A stretch of 64,000 bases of DNA, taken from Squalus acanthias. Its lineage: Eukaryota. Made by a program: the position numbers and the translations under genes. The notes beneath the pieces were generated by a model, which made no database searches, was not told the origin of the DNA, and saw only the letters and a list, made by a program, of their open reading frames with translations. Position 1 is the stretch's first letter. Every line of letters begins with the position of its first letter. This document shows, in pieces, positions 53,120 to 64,000 of this stretch. Location of the stretch: NCBI GenBank assembly GCA_030390025.1, contig CM059431.1, positions 140,122,001 through 140,186,000 on the forward strand, read 5' to 3'.

Positions 53120-53445
53120 TTTGATAGGAGGGCCGGTAACGAGAGGACACAGATGTATGATATTGGCAAAAGAATCTGAGGGGAGATGGGGAGTCATTTT
53201 TGCTTTTTTACACAGCGAGCTGTTATAATCTGGAATGCACTGCCTGAACGCGTGATGGAAGCAGATTCAATGGTGACTTTGAAAAGGGAATTTGATATAT
53301 ACTTGATAAGGATAAAAATACAGGGCTATGGCTTATGGGGAAAGAGAATGGTGAGTGGGATTAATTGGTGAGCTATTTCAAAGAGCCACCACAGGTACGA
53401 TGGGCCGACTGGCCTCCTTCTGTAAGTTTGGCTGATTCTATGATA
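53120..53445 (+). mobile_element. CR1 3' end fragment
   Basis: FFTQRAVIIWNALPERVMEADS..TLKREFD..IQGYG. Confidence 0.8.
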
Positions 53446-53689
53446 TCCGAAGCCGACAAGGCAAGAGCGATCCGAGAACCCATTGATGAAGAGACGCTTC
53501 CCAAATTACCACTCGTTTTACTCTCAGCCGGTGTCCAATGGACTCCCAGCACAAGTTTACCAATCACTGATTGCAGCAACACGGCCTTGTCCCGACTACA
53601 GAATTGTGCAAGTCTTAGGTTGGAATTGAATTGGGAGTAATGGGGACAAGACTGAAACGATGAAATGCTTCTTGTAATAATACATGCAA

Positions 53690-53817
53690 GGGGTGAAATT
53701 GCACTTGGGCGGGAACGCAATACAGGCGGAATCGCATTTTACGACCGTTATGGGACCAGGCCCGATATTTACTTCTTTTGGCCGTTTTGCGGCCCCGCCC
53801 AGGTCCAATTTCAGCGC
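53690..53817. mobile_element. MITE-like element (Harbinger-type ends)
   Basis: ggggtgaaattgcacttgggcggg / cccgcccaggtccaatttcagcgc inverted termini. Confidence 0.6.
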
Positions 53818-53926
53818 TGACTCTTCACCAATCGTAACTTGTGAACTGGGGTAACCGCCTTCAAAACTCCATCAAATGGATATTATTGAAACTGTAAAAT
53901 GAAACGTCTTGTCTGCTCAGACACAC

Positions 53927-54082
53927 CTACTGTTAATTCTTTCCCGTGTTGAGCGATCTTCCTGAGATGAGCCCGGATAAAATTATGAATGAGAAAGCCC
54001 GGGACAGGTTCCTCCTCCTGACACAGCGCCAGGATCGCCAGGCTGGCTTCAGTAAAGGCCTTGAGAGAATATCCAGCGTTTT
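53927..54082 (-). CDS. Transcobalamin/intrinsic factor/haptocorrin-like gene, exon 4
   Basis: tttgcag|...|gtgtgt, 156 nt, phase 1 to 1; ENAGYSLKAFTEASLAILALCQ...ELTV(D) matches SLAILALCQ and xSVD family motifs. Confidence 0.9.
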
Positions 54083-54224
54083 CTGCAAATACAGTGACAG
54101 ACTCCAATGTTAGTGATGTGCTCCACATCTGAATAACGGGAACTACAGATGTGAAAATTCCTCCCTAGTTCGTTCCCGATCCTCTCTGTGTGACAGAAAT
54201 CAGGCCAAGGATTTAAATGAATTA

Positions 54225-54520
54225 AATAGAATTGGTGTAGAATTTACAGCACAGAAGGAGGCTATTCGGCCCAACAGGTCTAATTATGCTCCACCTGAGC
54301 CTCCTCCTACCTTACTCACTCGAGTTGCTTACCCGAGGGAGGTATTCCTTTCTCCCTCATGAAATTGTCTAACTTCGCCTTAAATACATTTATACTGTTA
54401 GGTTCAACTTCTTCTGGTAGCAAATTCCACATTCTCGCTACTCTTCGGGTAAAGAGGATTCTCCTGAATCCCCCATTATTTTTAGTAGTGACTCTACAGC
54501 GGACTAATGCTCTCCTGCAT
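54225..54520 (-). mobile_element. CR1 3' end fragment
   Basis: FTRRVARMWNLLP..FKAKLD. Confidence 0.7.
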
Positions 54521-54544
54521 GGCTTTCCAGTCCATATGACCAAT

Positions 54545-55990
54545 CATAGAAACATAGAAACATAGAAAATAGGTACAGGAGTAGACCATTCGGTCCTTCG
54601 AGCCTGCACCACCATTCAATGCGTTCATGGCTGAACATGCTACCTCAGTACCCCATTCCTGCTTTCTCGCCATACCCCTTGATCCCCCTAGTTGTGAGTG
54701 TTATATCTAACTCCCTTTTGAATATATTTAGCGAACTGGCCTCAACAACCTTCTGTGGAAGAGAATTCCATAGATTCACCACTCTCTGGGTGAAGAAGTT
54801 CCTCCTCAGCTCAGTCTTAAATGGCTTCCCCTTAATCCTTAAACTGTGACCCCTGGTTCTAGTTTTCCCTAACATTGGGAACATTCTGCCCGCATCTAAT
54901 TTGTCTAAACCAGTCAGGATTTTAAATGTCTCTATAAGATCCCCCCTCATTCTTCTGAACTCCAGAGGATACAAGTTCAGTTGACCCAATCTTTCTTGAT
55001 ATGTCAGTCCGGCCATCCCAGGAATCAATCTAGTGAACCTTCGCTGCACTCCCTCAATAGCAAGAATGTCCTTCCTTAAGTTAGGAGACCAAAACTGCGC
55101 ACAATACTCCAGGTGTGGCCTCACCAAGGCCCTGTACAACTGCAGCATCACCTCCCTACTCCTGTACTCAAATCCCCTTACTATGAAGGCCATCATTCCG
55201 TTTGCTTTCTTGACTGCCTGCTGCACTTGCATTCCCACCTTCAGTGACGGATGTACCATGACGCCCAGGTCTCGTTGCACCTCCCCTTTCCCTAATCTGC
55301 CACCATTCAGGTAATAGTCCGCCTCTCTATCTTTACCACCAAAGTGGATAACCTCACATTTATCCACATTGTACTTCATCTGCCATACATTTGCCCATTC
55401 ACCCAACCTGTCCAAGTCACTCTGTAGCCTCCTAGCATCCTCCTCATTGTTCACACTGCCTCCCAATTTAGTGTCATCCGCAAATTTGGAGATATTACAT
55501 TTAATCCCTTCGTCCAAATCATTAATATATAATGTAAACAGCTGGGGTCCCAGCACCGAACCCTGCGGTACCCCGCTGGTCACTGCCTGCCATTCTGAAA
55601 AGTACCCATTTACTCCTACTCTTTGTTTCCTGTGTGCCAACCAGTTCTCAATCCACGTCAACACATTACCCCCAATCCCATGTGCTTTAACTTTGCTCAC
55701 CAATCTCTTGTGTGGGACCTTGTCGAAGGCCTTCTGAAAGTCCAAATACACCACATCTACTGGTTCCCCCCTGTCCACCCTATTGGAAACATCCTCAAAA
55801 AATTCCAGAAGATTTGTCAAGCATGATTTCCCTTTCACAAATCCATGCTGACTTGGACCTATCATGTCGCCACTTTCCAAATGGTCTGTTATGACATCTT
55901 TAATAATTGCTTCCATCATTTTACCCACGACCGATGTCAGGCTGACCGGTCTATAATTCCCTGCTTTCTCCCTCCCTCCTTTTTTAAAAA
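54545..55990 (-). mobile_element. Young 5'-truncated CR1 LINE with uninterrupted 427-aa RT/C-terminal ORF, in intron 3 of the gene
   Basis: ORF 54645..55928 with all RT motifs; (catagaaa)n tail at ~54545-54570. Confidence 0.97.
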
Positions 55991-55991
55991 G

Positions 55992-56510
55992 ATGTCATCA
56001 TTGATGTCCAGCTAAATTCTACTATGAGAATTATCACCGGTACGCTTTTAATGACACCAACATCTTGGCTGCCCGTCCTTGCAAACATCACACCAACACA
56101 CCTACGCCACGATTATGCAGTGTCCATAGAAAACAACCGCTACACCAGCAAAGACATGCCAATCCAGGCGGACTTGAACAACCTACTACCAAACAGTCCC
56201 TAATCTAGAAGGCCATCTTGGAGCGTCGCCAAAGCCCTTCGGTGATCTCCTTAATGACCGATGGCTAAATAATTGGAAGAACTGTGACATACGGAATGGA
56301 TTCCTTATAGAGGACCCCACAGTACAACCTGAAGGATCAAACCTTCCTTGCTACCAGTGGACAATCATCAACCGCCTCATAACTGGTCATGGTAGATGCT
56401 GCCATCTTCTCCATTGATGGAAGATTAAAGAATCCCCATCATGCGACTGTGAAGCTCCCGAACAGACCCTGGAGCACATCACTGAGCACTGGAAATTCTC
56501 AGGCAGCGTA
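55992..56510 (+). mobile_element. Vingi/Ingi-group LINE C-terminal fragment
   Basis: DVQLNSTMRIITGTL..TP..WLPVLANI.P.HLR and NRLITGHGRC..LLH*WKIKESPSCDCEAPEQTLEHI zinc-knuckle-like end. Confidence 0.7.
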
Positions 56511-57000
56511 CATAAGAACCTAATTAATAGGAGCAGGAGCTTGACACTTCGAACATACTCCACAATTCAATAAGATCATGGCTGATCTTCTACCTCATCT
56601 CCACTTTCCTGCACTATCCCCATATCCCTAGTTTCATTTAATTTTCAAAAATCTATCGATCTCTGTCTTGAATGTACTCAACGACTGAGCCTCCACAGCC
56701 CTCTTAGGTAGAGAATTCCAAAGATTCACCACCCTCTGAGTGAAGAAATGTCTCCTCATCTCAGTCCTAAATGGCGGACCTCTTATTTTGAGACTGTGAC
56801 CCCTGGTTCTAGACTCCCCAGCCAGGGGTAACATCCTCCCTACATCTACCCAGTCAATCCCTGTAAGAATGTTGTATGTTTCAATGAGATCACCTCTCAT
56901 TCTTCTAAACTCTAGAGAATATAGGCCGAGTCTACTCAATCTTTTCTCATAGGACAATCCCCCCCATCCCAGGAACCAGTCTGGTGAATCTTCGTTGCAA
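56510..57000 (-). mobile_element. CR1 3' fragment
   Basis: ORF 56634..56957: SLEFRRMRGDLIE, FFTQRVVNLWNSLP. Confidence 0.9.
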
Positions 57001-57589
57001 GAAATTCACGCTGTTTCACTGGAGTCTTTGGCTTTGATATCTGATTTAGATATTGAGATTTGACTTGCTTTGCTACTAACATACAAAAGAAGAAGAAGTA
57101 CTGAATACCTTATATTATTGGCCCCTAATTATAGTCTCCTCTTCAAGTGGAAACATCTGTTCTACTTCAACCCTGTAGAAACACTTCATTATTTTAAAAA
57201 CCTCTATTAGCTCACCTCTCAATCATCTCTTTTCCAGATGAAAGAGCCCCAGCCGGTTCAGCCTTTCTTGATAAATAACATAGATAATAATAGATGAATA
57301 AATAAATGCAACAAGGGTTTTATTTCACGGATATCATCATAAATCATTGCCTTTATAAACCAGGAGTCAGCGTTCCGATTCCCTTTAGGCCTGGTGTCAA
57401 TTGGTTCTTTTAAAAAGTGTTGGATAAATATTTGCCCTTTAATGGGTTTGGAGATAATGGGAATAGATACAAACTGTGAGAGTAATTATATTGGTGTTTA
57501 CAGGGACAGATATGAACTGAGAAGGCAGTGGGATTGGAGGTTATGGGGAGCCGCCGAATGTTATGGGAATAGAACCGGAAATTGTTGCG

Positions 57590-58215
57590 ATTAAAGCAGA
57601 CTGAGGTGAGAATGAGGCTGGAGGTTATGGCGGGAGCCACAGATTGGGTGTGATTGGAGGTTATAGGGACAGGTACAGACTGAGATGTGTGTGTGATTGG
57701 AGGTTATAGGGACAGGTACAGACTGAGATGTGAGTGTGATTGGAGGTTATAGGGACAGGTACAGACTGAGATGTGAGTGTGATTGGAGGTTATGGGGGCA
57801 GGAATAGAATGAGATATGAGTGTGACTGGAGGATATGGAGAGAGGTACAGACTGAGATGTGAGTGTGATTGGGGTTATAGGGACAGGTACAGAATGAGAT
57901 GTGAGTGTGATTGGATGTTATAGGGACAGGTACAGAATGAGATGGGAGTGTGATTGGATGTTATAGGGACAGATACAGATGAGATGTGAGTGTGATTGGA
58001 GGTTATGGGGAGAGGTACAGACTGAGATGGGGGTGTGATTGGAGGTTATAGGGCCAGGTACAGTCTGAGATGTGAGTGTGATTGGAGGTTATGGGGACAG
58101 GTAGAGACTGAGATATGAGTTTGATTGGAGGTTATGGAGTGAGGTACAGCCTGAGATGTGAGTGTGATTGCAGGTTATGGGGACAGGTACAGACTGAGAT
58201 GTTCCTGTGATTGGT
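57590..58215. repeat. 43-bp minisatellite (GATTGGAGGTTATAGGGACAGGTACAGACTGAGATGTGAGTGT)
   Basis: Units at 57652, 57695 and onward. Confidence 0.9.
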
Positions 58216-58295
58216 GGTTTTCAGCTTGTGTTTGCTGAAAGATGCCTCTCAATCTCTATGCAAATAACATGCCTAAAGCATGAGTCCACACTTAC

Positions 58296-58466
58296 CTTTA
58301 GAAGATGTTATCCTAGGTATTTGGTGCAATTCACTGTACAGCCTCTCACGGAGCACCTCCACCAAATTCACCTCCTTGTTTCCTGCCGATATCTTGGCGG
58401 AGTTCCGACAAGAGGATCTGAAGGCTAAGATGTAGAAAACCAACTGGTCTATGGGGAAGTGTTCAC
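58296..58466 (-). CDS. Transcobalamin/intrinsic factor/haptocorrin-like gene, exon 3 (not in ORF track)
   Basis: ccgccag|...|gtaagt, 171 nt, phase 1 to 1; GEHFPIDQLVFYILAFRSSCRNSAK...NLVEVLRERLYSELHQI matches GQL.L.ILAL.SSC..P family motif. Confidence 0.9.
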
Positions 58467-59389
58467 CTGGCGGCAGAGGAACAAACGAGATTCAGTTTGT
58501 TCTGACTGGGTCCATCAATAACTAACTGGTTAGTGATTATAAATTCCTCTTCTACACTCTGAAGACTTGTATTAATATTCTTCCTTATTCTAACTCTCAA
58601 AAACGATTCAAAGTGCTTCAAGTGTAATAAATTATTTGGAAGTGCAGACATTCTTGTTATATCGACCAATTCGGGAGCCATTTTGTGGACAGCAATATCC
58701 CACAAATAGCAATGAAGTGAATAGCCAGGGAACCAGTTTTAAATTCTTAACCGGCGACACGGTAAATAGATTAACTGCTAATGTATCTCATTAGTACTTG
58801 TGGCATCTTGTGTCCAATTAGTTGTCGAGTTTGTCTATGAAAGATAAATGGCTGCATTTCATTGGCTGTGAAGCAAAGGCACTACAGAAATGTAAGTTTC
58901 TCCCCCTTCACTCTCCTCTCTCTTTAAACTACTTTGGGTGTTAGCTGGGGAATAAATGTTGTCCAAGACCCCGGCAGCACTCTCCCTTCTTGTTCCAATA
59001 AAGCCGTGGCATCTTCAAATTCCACAAGAAAAGATTCAGGGGATAATTTTAGATTTAAACGATGTTGTAAAATAACCGACACCAAAATGGCCTCCGATTA
59101 TAGATCCCGCCCGATGTTCACCTCCATTGGAAAGGAAAATCAAGCGTGGTGTAAAAGGGCGTCTGCTGCAATTTAGAGCAAGGGGCAGGGTAATGATTTC
59201 TGATTTCAAAACAATGAGAGGACAAGAAGTAAAACCTACGTGCAGGATGGGCGATATAGGGTTTAGGTGGAAGAACAGAGGAATGTTTAGAGCTGCGAAA
59301 TAATTTCCATCATAGTATCATGACCAAAGCTGCTGCAATAAATGACAGCTCGGCCCATTCACCTGAGGGGAGAATTCCAGCTAGAAGTC

Positions 59390-59680
59390 TCCCTCCCTCC
59401 CTCTCTTCATCTTCCTCAGTATGTGTCTGTTTCTCTCTTTCTCCGTCTCACTGTTTCTCTTTCTCAAACACACACACATACACATACACACAGAAACGTA
59501 CAGACTCGGATATATATGCACCTACATACACATATAAACACATACAGACACGTATACACACAGAGAAACACATATGCATACAGAAGCACAGACACACAGA
59601 AACGCAGAGACATACACACACACAATCGCAAATAATCCCACAGAAAGATACACACAAACACACGCAAACATATACAGAAA
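59390..59680. repeat. CT- and CA-rich low-complexity sequence
   Basis: Degenerate dinucleotide runs. Confidence 0.8.
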
Positions 59681-60367
59681 CTTCAATGGCACATTGCTGC
59701 AAATTAATCCCTGGGATCTTGATTCAAATGGTTGAGAAATTGTGTAATGTAATAAAGTGAACTGCACTGGGGAAAAGAAGGAGAATCGCATGAGGTGTGT
59801 TAACTTTCAACATTGGCTCTCACAAAATAGGCGCTATCGACAGTCATATTAGCTGCTATTTTTAAATTAACCTATGTATTTTAAATGGACGAGGACCTCT
59901 ATTCGGAACATTGGAATTGCTGGGGCGGGTAAAGACCAAGGTGCATCTAGTTCTTCTTCTACCATCCATGTAGTCTCATGATACAATGACAATGGGATTG
60001 TTGTCTAATCATAGTAATCAGTCTCTATAAATCAGTCTACATCAGACACAGACATGAGGCGAGGAATACCCGGTGCTGGAGAGCTTTGTGAACCATCGGT
60101 CCAAAATCACCTGTTCCTCTCAAGCACGCTACACTGACCATGTGTAACATCTCAAATTACACATATACTCTATCCCAAATGTTATGATCTGATATCAAAT
60201 AGAGCAATATGACATGAACGGGCTACAAGTTGGTTCATTTGTATCATGGGGCTATTCTTAGGTTCCAATTTCCTTCATTAACAATAGTTTGCCAAACACT
60301 TAACCTGTCAGTAAAAATAAAGATTTAATCCAGATACATCCACATTAACTAATAGATTAAAGCTTAC

Positions 60368-60550
60368 CTGCCCCCACCTTTCTAACAACCGCCTCACTCA
60401 GCCTTCGGAGAATGTCTTGTTCACTCTGTAGATCATGCTCACTCCCCAGGCGTAGGGCAATGAAAGCCCCGGGGTCTGGCTCCACGGACAGATCACTCGG
60501 TTTCCTCTCTATACTACGGATAAGTGATTTCTGCTGATTATCTGGAGCCG
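60368..60550 (-). CDS. Transcobalamin/intrinsic factor/haptocorrin-like gene, exon 2
   Basis: ttccag|...|gtaagc, 183 nt, phase 1 to 1; APDNQQKSLI...EPDPGAFIALRLGSEHDLQSEQDILRRL matches .PNPS..I.LRL family pattern. Confidence 0.88.
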
Positions 60551-60689
60551 CTGGAATCCACAACCGAATTATTAATCCACTCGCGTGTAAGGAACATTAA
60601 GATAGCAGTAACACTTAAAGAGATTGAGGATAATCAGAAGGCGCATGTGGCAGGTGAACACAACATATGCACATACAGTAAGAACATGT

Positions 60690-61595
60690 ATTGTAGTAAA
60701 CAGTAAGGACGATAGTAGCAGACTTCAGGAGGACACAGACAGACTGGTGCAATGGGCAGTCACATTGTAAATGACATTCAATGCAGAGAAATCTGAAATG
60801 GTGCATTTTGAATGAAGAATGAGGAGAGTTAATATAAACCAAATAGTACAATTGTATTAGGGGCGCAGGAAGAGAGAGACCTCGGGTTCACGTACACTAA
60901 TCTGTGACGGTGGCAGGACTTACTGACAAATCTTTAAAAAAAACATGACGGGATACGTGGCTTTCCAAATAGATGCACAGAGTAGAAAAGCAAAGAATTT
61001 GCGGCAAAGGTTTATTAATCATTAGTTATGCTTCTGTTAGTGCATTGTGACCAATCCTGAGCAACACACTTTAGTCAAAGCCTTGGAGAGGGTGCAGAGG
61101 AGATTTACCGGAATGGTAGCAGGGATGAGGGACTTCAGTTATGTGGAGAGACTGATGAAGCTGGGATTGTTCTCCTTAGCGTAGAAAAGGTTAAAGGGAG
61201 ATTTAATAGAGATGATCAAAATCATGAAGAGTTCTGATAGAGTAAATAAGAAGAAAGTGCTTCCACTGGCAGGAGATTCAGTGTCAGAGGACACACACTT
61301 AAAGTAACTGGCAAAAGAACCAACGGGGGTGGGGGGGGGGGGGGGTGGAAATAGGAGATTTAAAAAAAAATCATCAATGTTGCTGCGATCTGGAATGCAT
61401 TGCCTGAAATGGTGATAGAAACATATTCAATACTAACTTTCAAAATGGGAATAGGATGAGTACATGAAGAGGAAACGGGGCAGGGATTTGGGGAAGAGCA
61501 GGGTGGGTGGGACTAATTACTCTTTCAGAGAGCAGGCAGAGGTACGGTGGGCCGAATGGGCTCCTTCTGCACTTAAGGTTCCATGATTCTATAAT
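60690..61595 (+). mobile_element. Degenerate CR1 3' portion
   Basis: LERVQRRFTGM..GMRDFSYVERL.KLGLFSL; IWNALP; attctat tail. Confidence 0.8.
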
Positions 61596-61687
61596 TCTTT
61601 GATTCTAAATTACGATAAAAACTCAGCTAAAGGATAAACATCAGGTTTAGGTTAAACACTGGGAACCAAACAACAAATCGCACTTAC

Positions 61688-61757
61688 TGTATTGTTGGGA
61701 TGTTGCCGGGTACGAGGCACTGAAGAGCAGGAGTGTGAGGGTCATCACCGGGGGCAT
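61688..61757 (-). CDS. Transcobalamin/intrinsic factor/haptocorrin-like gene, exon 1 (signal peptide)
   Basis: acaATG MPPVMTLTLLLFSASYPATSQQY, 70 nt, phase-1 donor gtaagt; alternative ATG at 61745. Confidence 0.7.
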
Positions 61758-62144
61758 TGTTGAGCGCGCTCCGCGGGCCCTGTGTTAGACCCTCCTGAGT
61801 GCAGTAGGGAGGTAGACTAGGCAGCGTGACTTGGACTGTAACCGGGAAACTGGACGGTTTGGCTCAGTGGGCTGTTTCACCTTTTAACGCGACGGTCGGA
61901 GGCGGGGTTTAAGTGTGATGGAGTGAAGCATGCTGTGGTGATACCAGAAATCGGGTCATTCCGGGAGTGCTCCGTCACTGGAATTCAATTAATTTCATCT
62001 AAACAGCAGGTTACACCCACTACGCGCTCACTGCCTGTAAACTGAGGCAGCCTCACGGTTTCTCACTCAATGCCACCGAGTGTTTAACTTGCTTTGTTTT
62101 GCGCAGTCTTTCAGGAACAGCGGTGTAGGAAATGTGTTTCGCAA

Positions 62145-62580
62145 CATTAAAAACAGGAACAGGTTATTCAGTCCCTTGAACCTGATCCGCTCTTCAGTCA
62201 GATCATGGCTGATCTGCACCTCAGCTCCATTCACCCGCCTTTGCTCCATATCCGGCGGTGCCCTGACCCAGAGAAACATGTTGGTCTCAGTCCTGTAATC
62301 TACAATTGACCCCCAGCATCCACAGCCTTTTGGGGGAGCGAGTTACAGATTTCCACTACCCAGTCTGTGAAAAAATACTTCCTGATTTCACTCCTCAACA
62401 GCCTGGCTCCAATTTTAAGGTTGTGTTCCCTTGTTCGAAATCACCCACCAAAGGAACTTGCTTCTCCCTATCTGCCCCATCGGAAAATTTTATAAATTTA
62501 AACATCTCGATGAGATCACCCTCAATCTTCTAAATACAAGGGAATTCAAGGCAAGTTTATGCGACCTATCCAATGAATTG
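62145..62580 (-). mobile_element. Degenerate CR1 3' fragment
   Basis: agatcatggctgatct 3' UTR; gagatcaccctcaatcttct (RRLRGDL-like). Confidence 0.7.
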
Positions 62581-62691
62581 AACCCATTGTAGTTCTGAGT
62601 TAAAACAAAACTGCAGCAAATATCAGGGTGAATTGTTCTGATTCATGGGGCTGCAAGAAAGTGGGGATTGAGAATCTGGATTTAAAAGCAG

Positions 62692-62739
62692 CGCCCGAAC
62701 AGGGACTTGAACCTTGAGTCTCAGATTAAAAGTCTGATG
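62692..62739 (-). pseudogene. tRNA-Lys-TTT: 5'-truncated tRNA-Lys(UUU) relic
   Basis: Minus strand CATCAGACTTTTAATCTGAGACTCAAGGTTCAAGTCCCTGTTCGGGCG resembles the vertebrate tRNA-Lys3 anticodon arm to 3' end; TTTT 4 nt downstream; D arm and 5' acceptor strand missing. Confidence 0.85.
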
Positions 62740-63034
62740 AGATGTTAAACCGTTGCCTCGCCTGCCCTCCCCGGTGGACCCTGAAGACCCCACCGCAATA
62801 TTGGAAGAGGATCAGGGGCTTAATCGAATCAGCCGCCTGTTAAAGTCTGCACCCGATTTTCCATCCCATTCCTTTCAATTTTAAGGAAAATCAGGCATCT
62901 AATTCCATATCGCTCGTTTAGACCATCACCCGGAATTCAAATTCATGTGTACAAATTCCTCTTGGAGGTCAGCTCTACAGGGGCACTATCGCATCGGCTG
63001 CCTGTTGTACCCGTCGCTTCATATTCAATTCTAG

Positions 63035-64000
63035 TGAAGCCAATGGAGCTCAATATCAGGTGGGGAGTGTGGGGGCGATAATGGGACTGAATATCAGGCG
63101 GGGAGTGTCGGGCGGCCGATAATGGGACTGATTATCAGGCGGGGAGTGTAGGGGGGGCGATAATGGGACTGAATATCAGGCGGGGAGTGCAGGGCGACAG
63201 ATAATGGGACACAATATCAGGCGGGGAGTGTAGGGGGGGTGAAAATGGGACTGAAAATCAGGTGCAGAGTGTAGGGCAACTGATAATGGGACAGAATATC
63301 AGGCAGGGTATGTAGGTGCGATAATGGGATTGACTATCAGGCGGGGTGTGTAGGGGCGATAACGGGACTGAATATCAGGCGGGGAGTGTAGGGGGGACGA
63401 TAATGGGACAGAATATGAGGCGGGGAGTGTAGGGCAGCTGATAATGGGACAGAATATCAGGCGGGGATTGTACGGGTGATAAAGGGACTGAATATCAGGC
63501 AGGTAGTGTAGGGGTGATAATGGGACTGAATATCAGGCGGGGATTGTAGGGGCCGATAATGGGAGTGAATATCAGGCAGGGAGTGCAGGGGCTGATATTG
63601 GGACTGAATATCAGATGGGGTGTGTAGGGCAGCCGATAATGGGACTGAATGTCAGGCAGTGAGTGTGGCACGGCTGAAAATGTGACAGAATATCAGGTGG
63701 GGAGTGTAGTGCGGTCGATAATGGGACTGAATATCAGGCGGGGAGTGTAGGACGGCCGATAATGGGACAGAATATTAGGCGGGGAGTGTAGGGGCCGATA
63801 ATAGGACTGAAAATCAGGCGGTGAGTGTAGGGGGACCGATAATGTAACTGAATATCAGGCGGGGAGTGTAGGGCAGTCAATAATGGGACTGAATATCAGG
63901 CGGGGAGAGAAGGGGCCGATAATAGGACTGAATATCAGGCAGGGAGTGTAGTGCAGCCCATAATGGGACTGCATATCAGGCGGGGATTGTAGGGGGGCTG
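63035..64000. repeat. ~38-42-bp minisatellite (GATAATGGGACTGAATATCAGGCGGGGAGTGTAGGG...)
   Basis: Tandem units running to the window end. Confidence 0.93.

Noticed and set aside
54645..55928. Intact RT ORF as an active or domesticated gene
   Set aside because: 5'-truncated, lacks the endonuclease and ORF1; an ordinary young CR1 copy.

Overview
Eukaryotic, repeat-rich vertebrate DNA, most likely from a cartilaginous fish (inferred from the CR1, Deu-domain SINE, Penelope and Harbinger repeat mix). The main coding feature is not assembled in the ORF track: a spliced minus-strand gene of the transcobalamin / haptocorrin / intrinsic-factor (cobalamin-binding) family. Six exons (61757 down to 51304) encode a signal peptide and the alpha domain. 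They splice in phase into a ~10.2-kb exon (50072-39912) built of 24-, 48- and 51-bp Ser/Thr/Pro mucin-type repeats. An in-frame TAG at 49132 gives an uninterrupted 627-aa alpha-domain + mucin-tail ORF; beyond it the tract is broken by stops, frameshifts and insertions, and no intact beta domain is visible. The left half holds a large inverted duplication (arms ~15424-21326 and ~26538-35665) around a G-rich minisatellite. Its arms contain a ~1.3-kb tandem unit that looks like a promoter + two small non-coding exons; one copy carries a Penelope-type hairpin insertion with a minimal hammerhead ribozyme motif and a 9-bp target duplication. The rest is CR1/L2/Vingi LINE fragments, a Harbinger transposase relic, MITEs, SINEs, minisatellites and a truncated tRNA-Lys. 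All homology calls are from motif recognition by eye with no database search; repeat boundaries are approximate.
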